From a virus (taxonomy: Duplodnaviria > Caudoviricetes), in the IMG/VR virus record IMGVR_UViG_3300032233_001776, positions 1-48,422 of that record: a stretch of DNA of 48,422 bases; one strand, given 5' to 3'. Below, piece by piece: positions 14,656 through 21,246 of the stretch; the stretch's first letter is position 1; each line of letters starts with the position of its first letter. A program made the translations under genes and the position numbers. Below the pieces are notes generated by a model, which was not told the origin of the DNA, searched no databases, and worked only from the letters and a program-made list of their open reading frames with translations.

Positions 14656-14817
14656 ATGCAACGCTACGACGTGATCTGCCCCGCTGCTCCCTGGGAGAAC
14701 ACCACAACCGATGAGGATCGTGCCTGGCATCTGTGCCTGGATCTCTCAGAGGAGTTTGGCTACGCTCAAGTCCGCCAGAATGGGATGATCATCGGAGAAT
14801 ACACCAACGGGCACTGA
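14656..14817 (+). CDS. hypothetical early protein (53 aa)
   Basis: MQRYDVICPAAPWENTTTDEDRAWHLCLDLSEEFGYAQVR... lies between two promoter elements. Confidence 0.75.
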   Translation: MQRYDVICPAAPWENTTTDEDRAWHLCLDLSEEFGYAQVRQNGMIIGEYTNGH

Positions 14818-14862
14818 GCCCCCATCCGTGCTACAATTCACAAGTCAACCACACCGGAACCG

Positions 14863-15051
14863 ATGAACATCACCCTCACTGGCTACCAAGAGACCGCCCT
14901 CCAACAGGCGATCATGGATTCCCTGATGCTCTGGGATGATCGCATTGAGGAGGCACTGGCAGGCAAGCGTCCAGCCATGAGCGTTGAAGGTGCCCGCCTG
15001 ATGATCGAAGATCTCCGGGAGATCCAGCTTCAGATCAAAGCCAAGCGATGA
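14863..15051 (+). CDS. hypothetical early protein
   Basis: ORF track; preceded by GTGCTACAATTCACAAGTCAACC. Confidence 0.75.
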   Translation: MNITLTGYQETALQQAIMDSLMLWDDRIEEALAGKRPAMSVEGARLMIEDLREIQLQIKAKR

Positions 15052-15094
15052 TCTCACCGGGGGGCACCATCGCCCCCCTTTTTCGTGCTACAAT
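15052..15094 (+). promoter_or_regulatory. G/C-hairpin terminator-promoter element
   Basis: TCTCACC-GGGGGGC-ACCATC-GCCCCCC-TTTTTC-GTGCTACAAT. Confidence 0.75.
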
Positions 15095-15117
15095 TCACCA
15101 GTAACCAACCAAGCATC

Positions 15118-15348
15118 ATGGCACTCTACAGCCAAGCAACCGATCTCACCACACGCCAAACCGTGTGGATCTCCACCAACGTGGTGAAGGATCGCCCCCA
15201 GCTCAACTCCCACCGTGGCGACAACGTGGGCGAATCGCTCCGCCGTTCTGGGGTGGATGGACTCTCAGCCGTAGAGCTGGCTGATCTGCACTCCGATGGA
15301 TCCGCCCGATGCCCCATCTCCGGGTGGCGATCCAATCAGTGGGGTTGA
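15118..15348 (+). CDS. hypothetical early protein
   Basis: MALYSQATDLTTRQTVWIS... follows the promoter. Confidence 0.75.
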   Translation: MALYSQATDLTTRQTVWISTNVVKDRPQLNSHRGDNVGESLRRSGVDGLSAVELADLHSDGSARCPISGWRSNQWG

Positions 15349-15417
15349 CGCCTCCCACCGATCTGCTACAATACGATCACGGGGGGAGGAGATCCCCCCA
15401 TCACCAACCAACCGATC

Positions 15418-15576
15418 ATGTCCTACGCCTTCACCGACTGCCCCCAGATTGAAGAACTGGAGGAGTTCAGCATGATGGATCTCACAGAGGAGATCTGGTC
15501 CTCCATGGAATCCGACCTCTGGGAGGATCTGCCAGCTGAGATCTACGACACCGACGGCACCCCGCTGATCTGGTGA
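15418..15576 (+). CDS. very acidic small protein (52 aa)
   Basis: MSYAFTDCPQIEELEEFSMMDLTEEIWSSMESDLWEDLPAEIYDTDGTPLIW; TTGACG-16-TACAAT upstream. Confidence 0.7.
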   Translation: MSYAFTDCPQIEELEEFSMMDLTEEIWSSMESDLWEDLPAEIYDTDGTPLIW

Positions 15577-15618
15577 TTCCACCGGGGGGCATCACCGCCC
15601 CCCATTCCGTGCTACAAT
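15577..15618 (+). promoter_or_regulatory. G/C-hairpin promoter element
   Basis: TTCCACC-GGGGGGC-ATCACC-GCCCCCC-ATTCC-GTGCTACAAT. Confidence 0.75.
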
Positions 15619-15644
15619 TCACAAGCAACCAAGCAACCGATCCG

Positions 15645-15800
15645 ATGTCCTACACCATCATCCGCTCCTACGCTCCCCACCTGGACAAGGCAGACAAGAT
15701 CATCAAAACTGTCCGGACTCTGGAGGAAGCTCAGGCACACTGCCGCAACCCCAAAACCCGCAAGGCTGGGGAGTGGTTCGACGGGTACACTGAAAACTGA
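15645..15800 (+). CDS. hypothetical early protein (51 aa)
   Basis: MSYTIIRSY...TLEEAQAHCRNPKT...WFDGYTEN. Confidence 0.75.
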   Translation: MSYTIIRSYAPHLDKADKIIKTVRTLEEAQAHCRNPKTRKAGEWFDGYTEN

Positions 15801-15842
15801 TCTCACCGGGGGGTTGCCAACCAGCCCCCCACCGTCTATAAT
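15801..15842 (+). promoter_or_regulatory. G/C-hairpin promoter element
   Basis: TCTCACC-GGGGGGTTG-CCAAC-CAGCCCCCC; TTGCCA-17-TATAAT. Confidence 0.75.
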
Positions 15843-15880
15843 TCATTCAAGCGGGACAGCCCCGCACCGCATTCAACACC

Positions 15881-16177
15881 ATGCTCAACTTCATGAAGTC
15901 CACCGCCATCCGCTTCATCTCCCCCGCCATGCTCGCAGAGCGTGTGATCGGCAACCCCACCGTGATCGGTCCGAACCGTGCCACTGCTCTGTTCAACCTG
16001 GCTACCACGGGTGCCACCCCTACCCGCCGTGCCCTTGGACGCCGTGCTCTTCAAGCTGCCGCCAAGGCAGGCGGACGCCACGTCTTAGTCTACGGTGTCT
16101 TCAGTGATCGGGTGTTCAGCAAGGCAAGCAATGCTCGCCTGAGGAACTGGGCTCAGAACATCAACACCCCCGTTTGA
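15881..16177 (+). CDS. basic Ala/Arg-rich hypothetical early protein
   Basis: ORF track; bracketed by a promoter and a terminator. Confidence 0.75.
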   Translation: MLNFMKSTAIRFISPAMLAERVIGNPTVIGPNRATALFNLATTGATPTRRALGRRALQAAAKAGGRHVLVYGVFSDRVFSKASNARLRNWAQNINTPV

Positions 16178-16188
16178 GGGTATCACTG

Positions 16189-16215
16189 AGGGAGGCAGAG
16201 ATGCCTCCCTTTTTT
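16189..16215 (+). terminator. intrinsic terminator ending the early cassette array
   Basis: AGGGAGGCA-GAGA-TGCCTCCCT followed by TTTTT. Confidence 0.85.
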
Positions 16216-16608
16216 ATGCGTTCGTGTGGGACAGTTGTGTATACTTAGCCTTGTGCGTTCGTTATTGGCAGTGTCCGTGATTGGGGGGCGTCGTTTATAA
16301 AAACCCAAGGTACCCCCAAGCTATAAAGTGTTACCCAAGCCTAACTTGTTTATAAGGCACTCTAAAAAAATTTCCCAGGTACGCCGAGTGCTCACAGGGA
16401 CGAATCAAAAAAATTCTCCCAGAAAAAAATGCCTTATAAAAGAATTTTTCAATAAAGTGCCCTAATTAATGATCTAAGAATACCGAAGTGGATATTCACG
16501 GAATTCTTAGTGATTCTATTTGTACTCGTAGTCATAATATTTCTCATTGTAAAATGAAAAATTGAAAATACTATATACCTGTGAATTTGTAAAGTTATAT
16601 ACAGAAAC

Positions 16609-16779
16609 ATGAAGAAAAATTCCGAGGAAAATTTTCAGCTCGTACAAGTCGATCCAATTACGGGTGAATATTATATCGTGATTCCAGAATGGCTGGCGAA
16701 CGAGCTTTCATGGTATGAAGATACCGAAGTTTCTTTTACCCTGGACGGGGATGAGGTTGTACTTACCGAAAACAAGTAA
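16609..16779 (+). CDS. AbrB/MazE/SpoVT-like small DNA-binding protein (56 aa)
   Basis: VDPITGEYYIVIPEWLANELSWYEDTEVSFTLDGDEVVLT; too short for the ORF track. Confidence 0.65.
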   Translation: MKKNSEENFQLVQVDPITGEYYIVIPEWLANELSWYEDTEVSFTLDGDEVVLTENK

Positions 16780-16783
16780 GTGA

Positions 16784-16812
16784 TTGACAAGTGATATATA
16801 ATGCGTTATGAT
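16784..16812 (+). promoter_or_regulatory. sigma70-type promoter
   Basis: TTGACA-17-TATGAT upstream of ATG 16836. Confidence 0.8.
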
Positions 16813-16835
16813 ACTGAAGTAAACCAACTACAATT

Positions 16836-17591
16836 ATGGCTAAAGGATTTACCGTTAAAGCAAAGGCACCAGTTGCCGAACAGAAAGATGAATGGGATTA
16901 TGATTTAGCAAGAGAAATGGTAAAAGGCAAGTCGATTGTCTTTTGTCTTCCAGGTCGTGGAGTTTCATATGCCTACTTGAAGAGTTTTGTACAACTCTGT
17001 TTTGATCTTGTCCAGTCAGGAGCAAGCATTCAGATTTCGCAAGACTATTCATCAATGGTTAATTTTGCCCGCTGCAAGTGCCTCGGAGCAAACGTATTGG
17101 CGGGTCCAGATCAGGTGCCCTGGCAAGGAAAGTTAAATTATGATTATCAACTGTGGATTGATAGCGATATCGTATTTAATAGTGAGAAGTTTTGGCAACT
17201 CGTATTAATGGATAAAGATATTTCTGCAGGTTGGTATTGTACCGAAGACGGACATACTACATCAGTCGCTCATTGGCTGGAGGAGGATGACTTCCGTAAT
17301 AATGGTGGCGTGATGAATCATGAGACTCTGGAAAGCATCTCCAAGCGCCGTAAGCCCTTCACTGTGGATTATACCGGCTTTGGATGGCTTCTCATTAAGA
17401 AAGGAGTCTTTGAGCATTCTGAGATGAAGTATCCTTGGTTCGCACCAAAGATGCAAGTCTTTGAATCGGGAGAAGTTCAGGACATGTGCGGTGAAGACGT
17501 ATCATTCTGCCTGGATGCAAAAGAGGCGGGCTTTGAGATCTGGTGCGATCCTCGTGTTCGTGTTGGACATGAAAAAACTCGTGTGATCTGA
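16836..17591 (+). CDS. GT-A-fold glycosyltransferase-like protein
   Basis: LWIDSDIVF (DxD), TGFGWLLIKKGVFE, GEDVSFC, CDPRVRVGH. Confidence 0.75.
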   Translation: MAKGFTVKAKAPVAEQKDEWDYDLAREMVKGKSIVFCLPGRGVSYAYLKSFVQLCFDLVQSGASIQISQDYSSMVNFARCKCLGANVLAGPDQVPWQGKLNYDYQLWIDSDIVFNSEKFWQLVLMDKDISAGWYCTEDGHTTSVAHWLEEDDFRNNGGVMNHETLESISKRRKPFTVDYTGFGWLLIKKGVFEHSEMKYPWFAPKMQVFESGEVQDMCGEDVSFCLDAKEAGFEIWCDPRVRVGHEKTRVI

Positions 17592-17746
17592 TGGCGCACT
17601 ACAATATTCTTGTAAACGGAAGAAAGATATATTCAAATCTTTCAGAAGAAGAATATTTTGATATTATGGAGGATCTGTCCCTACAGTTTTATGAGACAGG
17701 TTCTCCAAATCCTACTGACATTGATACTGAAATTATTGGAGATTAA
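17591..17746 (+). CDS. small acidic hypothetical protein (51 aa)
   Basis: MAHYNILVNGRKIYSNLSEEEYFDIMEDL...; TGATG overlap. Confidence 0.75.
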   Translation: MAHYNILVNGRKIYSNLSEEEYFDIMEDLSLQFYETGSPNPTDIDTEIIGD

Positions 17747-17748
17747 TT

Positions 17749-17892
17749 ATGGCAAAACGCCCCTCATTGACTAGTAAAGTTGTTATTGAATCAAAACCTA
17801 AGAGCACTCGTCAGGGTGCTGGGGCAAATACTAAGTATTCTGCCACATCACGCAATGCGGCTCGTAAAAAGTATAGAGGACAAGGAAGATAA
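17749..17892 (+). CDS. small very basic protein ending KKYRGQGR (47 aa)
   Basis: MAKRPSLTSKVVIESKPKSTRQG...RNAARKKYRGQGR; GGAG SD. Confidence 0.8.
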   Translation: MAKRPSLTSKVVIESKPKSTRQGAGANTKYSATSRNAARKKYRGQGR

Positions 17893-17911
17893 TTCTCTAT
17901 CACTAAATTAC

Positions 17912-17954
17912 ATGTCTGTTCTCATCCTTATGGAGTGGGGACAGATATTTTTTT
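17912..17954 (+). terminator. probable intrinsic terminator
   Basis: ATGTCTGTTCTCA pairs with TGGGGACAGATAT (with G-U pairs), followed by a T-run. Confidence 0.5.
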
Positions 17955-18229
17955 ACCTAATGATCAAGCGAATACTGTTATATCTTTCAGAACACTGTTA
18001 TCAGAGTATAGAAGAGTCTAACTCCTACACGCAAGAACATAAAATCCTATAGAGTAACTTATTCATTTTTGATTCACTAAGTGCCTTATAAGCCTTTATG
18101 AGTTCTTATACCGTTTCTTCTCGTAAAAGAGTAGCGTCACTCTCGTCTTGAAGAAAACCGAAAGCCAAAAACCAATAAAATTTTAAAAATAAATAATCTT
18201 TCAGAGTTAATTTGAAGGTATAGTGTGAA

Positions 18230-18571
18230 TTGGAAAAGTTTTCTATGGGGAATCACCTTTTATTAGAGGTGTATAATGTCAACCACGACATGTTAAATGA
18301 CGTTCACTCCCTAGTGGAAGTAATGAAGAGGGGAATTGAACGTGCCGAAATGACAATTTTAAATGTGTTTACTCACCAATTCACTCCTCAAGGAGTTACG
18401 ATTGTAATTGCACTTTCAGAAAGTCACGTTTCATGCCACACTTGGCCTGAAGAAGGTTGTATTGCTATAGATGTTTATACTTGCGGTGGAGGAAAACCTA
18501 AATTAGTTGCTCTTGAATTACTTAAATATTTAAATTCTGACAATTATAATCTTAGACAATTAGATCGTTAA
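18230..18571 (+). CDS. speD: S-adenosylmethionine decarboxylase proenzyme (prokaryotic SpeD type)
   Basis: GNHLLLEVY, HQFTPQGVT, self-cleavage motif LSESHVSCHTWPE, IDVYTCG. Start is TTG 18230 or ATG 18245; AATAAATA at 18188-18195. Confidence 0.9.
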   Translation: MEKFSMGNHLLLEVYNVNHDMLNDVHSLVEVMKRGIERAEMTILNVFTHQFTPQGVTIVIALSESHVSCHTWPEEGCIAIDVYTCGGGKPKLVALELLKYLNSDNYNLRQLDR

Positions 18572-18579
18572 ATAATTAC

Positions 18580-18634
18580 AAGGAGATAGCAACCTCCTTT
18601 ATAAAAGTTCTGTTTTTCTATAAAAACAGGAGCT
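18580..18634 (+). promoter_or_regulatory. two-hairpin 5' leader that sequesters the SD
   Basis: AAGGAG-ATAGCAAC-CTCCTT and AGTTCTGTTTTT-CTAT-AAAAACAGGAGCT, just before ATG 18639. Confidence 0.6.
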
Positions 18635-18638
18635 AAAA

Positions 18639-18875
18639 ATGTCCAATCTAAAAGTTGATAGAGATCGTGAATACATGAGAAATATGTGGGGAACCACAAG
18701 ATTAACCACAGATTATGTCCCAGAACAAAAGGTTTTGCAAGAAATTATGCACGATGATGCACCAAAGCATGATTTAAAAAAACAAACTGATCTTCATGAA
18801 AAAATTCGTAATGATGAAGATTATGATGATTGGGAATATGGAACAGAACCAACTTATGGTTCTTCATGGAAATAA
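18639..18875 (+). CDS. hypothetical protein upstream of gp25
   Basis: ORF track; AGGAG SD. Confidence 0.8.
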   Translation: MSNLKVDRDREYMRNMWGTTRLTTDYVPEQKVLQEIMHDDAPKHDLKKQTDLHEKIRNDEDYDDWEYGTEPTYGSSWK

Positions 18876-18876
18876 A

Positions 18877-18884
18877 CATAAATA
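18877..18884 (+). promoter_or_regulatory. T4-type late promoter
   Basis: CATAAATA upstream of gp25. Confidence 0.75.
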
Positions 18885-18905
18885 ACTGAAGAAATTTGTT
18901 TCAGA

Positions 18906-19307
18906 ATGGCGGTACAAAGGATATCTAGATCATTTAAAGATATTAGCTTATCCTTTGTACCTCATCCAGTTACAAAGGATCTGGCTATATTGTCAAATGA
19001 AAATGCAATCATAAGATCTGTTAGAAATCTTGTAGAGACAATTCCAACTGAAAGATTTTTTAATTCTACTCTTGGATCTAATGTAAGATCCATTCTTTTT
19101 GATTTTGTTGATTATGGTACTGCATCTGTTATTAAAACTGAAATTGAAAACACTATTAAAAATTATGAGCAAAGAGTAAATAATGTACAGATTGTAGTAA
19201 ATCCTCAACCAGATCAAAACAATTTTGAAATTATTATTTCTTTTGAAATTATCGGTCAACAAGTTCCAGCTCAACAATTTACATTCTTACTAGAGGCAAC
19301 CAGGTAA
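18906..19307 (+). CDS. gp25: baseplate wedge subunit gp25
   Basis: FKDISLSF-HPVTKDL...AIIRSVRNLV...ERFFNSTLGS...YEQRV; directly upstream of gp6. Confidence 0.9.
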   Translation: MAVQRISRSFKDISLSFVPHPVTKDLAILSNENAIIRSVRNLVETIPTERFFNSTLGSNVRSILFDFVDYGTASVIKTEIENTIKNYEQRVNNVQIVVNPQPDQNNFEIIISFEIIGQQVPAQQFTFLLEATR

Positions 19308-19308
19308 A

Positions 19309-21240
19309 ATGCCTTTTACAAAATTTACAAATTTAGATTTTGATCAGATCAAAACTTCTATCAAAGATTATCTCCGTGCTAACTCCACATTCACGGACTT
19401 TGATTTTGAAGGATCAAATTTTTCCATTTTAATTGATACGTTAGCATATAATACTTACATTACAGCATTCAACTCTAATATGGTTGTGAATGAATCCTTT
19501 TTGGATTCTGCAACTCTTAGAGAAAATGTTATTTCTCTGGCAAGGAATATTGGGTATGTTCCTCGTTCAACAAGATCAGCACAGGCAGTTATATCGTTCT
19601 CAGTATCCACTGATAGTACAAGTCCAACATTAACATTAAATCCTGGATTGGTTTGTGTTGGAACTGCTACTGGTGGCTCCTATGTATTTTCAATTACTGA
19701 GAGTATTACTGTTCCAATCGTATCTGGTACTGCAAACTTTAATGACATTACAGTATACGAAGGGACATATCTATCTCAAAGGTTTACATATAATGGATCA
19801 CTTGATCAAAGATTTGTTTTATCAAATCAAAATATTGACACGGCAACACTTGTTGTTTATGTAAAAGGACTTGCTGATACTGGACTCGGTGTTCAGTATT
19901 CTTTAGTAGATAATATTATCAATGTTAATTCCGAATCAGAAATTTATTTGATTCAGGAAGTTCAAGATGAAGAATATCAAATATTTTTTGGTGATGGTAT
20001 TTTTGGCAAAAAGCTTGATAACGGTGCGGTAATTACTACTGGATACATTATCAGTAATGGTATAAGTGGTAATGGTGCCAATAATTTTTCATATGCTGGT
20101 AGTTTAACTGATTCCTTAAGCAATCCAGTTATACCATTAGGGGCTGTTACTATTACCACAAGTGCTTCAGCATCTAATGGTGCCGATATTGAGTCTATAG
20201 ATTCAATTAAATACTTTTCCCCAAGAGTTTATTCTTCCCAATATAGGGCAGTAACTGCCCGTGATTACGAAGCAATTATTCCTCAAATTTATACAAATAC
20301 AGAATCTGTTTCAATTGTAGGTGGAGAAGAATTAAGCACTCCAAAATATGGAGTTGTTCAAATTAGCATCAAACCAAAAAATGGAATTTATGTATCGGAC
20401 TTTGATAAAAGTTTAATTCTTACTAAATTGAAAGATTATAGTTTATCGGGAATTAGACAAGAAATTGTAGATTTAGTTCTTTTAAATATTGAAATTGAAT
20501 CTTATGTTTATTATACAAATTCTCAAGTATCTTCAGTCAATTCCCTGCATGATAGTATAGTTACATCATTGACAACATATGGAAATTCAATTGATTTAAA
20601 TCAATTTGGGGGGAGATTTAAATATAGTAAAGTTCTCCAAATTATTGATAATACAGACACTTCTATTACATCAAATATCACAAGAGTTAAAATTAGAAGA
20701 GATTTGGTAGCATTAGTAAATCAAAAAGCACAATATGATGTATGTTTTGGAAATACTTTCCATGTAGATCCAGAAGGACGTAATATAAAATCTACAGGGT
20801 TTAAGTTATCCTCATCTGATGATTTAGTTTATTTTACAGATTTTCCAAATAAAAATGCTTTAGGAAATCTTGATGGTAGCGGAAAGGGTACTTTGGCTAT
20901 TATTAAATTAAATCCAAATGCAGGCATTTCTTCAACCACACTTCCATATACTGTAGTTGTTCAATCTGCAGGAACTATTAATTATTCAACAGGTGAAATA
21001 TTAATCAATCCAATTATCATATCATCTACTGTTGTTGAAAATAATGTAATTGAAATTCAGGCTTATCCAGAATCGAATGATGTTGTAGGATTAAATAACC
21101 TCTACATTTATTTTGATCTTGCAAAAAGCTCAATAAATATGGTTAAGGATGTTATTTCATCTGGACAGAATATTTCTGGAAATCAATTTACCAGTATTTC
21201 AAGTTATTCCGATTCAGAATATAATCAATTAACAAGGTAG
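19309..21240 (+). CDS. gp6: baseplate wedge subunit gp6
   Basis: LDFDQIK...FTDFDFEGSNFSILIDTLAYNT...FLDSATLRENV...QYRAVTARDYE. Confidence 0.93.
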   Translation: MPFTKFTNLDFDQIKTSIKDYLRANSTFTDFDFEGSNFSILIDTLAYNTYITAFNSNMVVNESFLDSATLRENVISLARNIGYVPRSTRSAQAVISFSVSTDSTSPTLTLNPGLVCVGTATGGSYVFSITESITVPIVSGTANFNDITVYEGTYLSQRFTYNGSLDQRFVLSNQNIDTATLVVYVKGLADTGLGVQYSLVDNIINVNSESEIYLIQEVQDEEYQIFFGDGIFGKKLDNGAVITTGYIISNGISGNGANNFSYAGSLTDSLSNPVIPLGAVTITTSASASNGADIESIDSIKYFSPRVYSSQYRAVTARDYEAIIPQIYTNTESVSIVGGEELSTPKYGVVQISIKPKNGIYVSDFDKSLILTKLKDYSLSGIRQEIVDLVLLNIEIESYVYYTNSQVSSVNSLHDSIVTSLTTYGNSIDLNQFGGRFKYSKVLQIIDNTDTSITSNITRVKIRRDLVALVNQKAQYDVCFGNTFHVDPEGRNIKSTGFKLSSSDDLVYFTDFPNKNALGNLDGSGKGTLAIIKLNPNAGISSTTLPYTVVVQSAGTINYSTGEILINPIIISSTVVENNVIEIQAYPESNDVVGLNNLYIYFDLAKSSINMVKDVISSGQNISGNQFTSISSYSDSEYNQLTR

Positions 21241-21246
21241 AGTAGT

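Noticed and set aside
10831-16215. CRISPR array formed by the recurring palindromes and hairpins
   Set aside because: The repeats are degenerate and mostly separated by 150-700 bp containing whole ORFs, not 30-40 nt spacers. No cas genes are present.
16429-16557. Small membrane-protein gene interrupted by an in-frame TAA (MPYKRIFQ*SALINDLRIPKWIFTEFLVILFVLVVIIFLIVK)
   Set aside because: Hydrophobic runs arise easily in T-rich DNA, and there is no start after the stop. No other sign of stop-codon recoding: TAA, TAG and TGA all end genes normally.
17780-18052. 90-aa ORF from the track
   Set aside because: It overlaps the better 17749..17892 gene out of frame and crosses a terminator-like hairpin.
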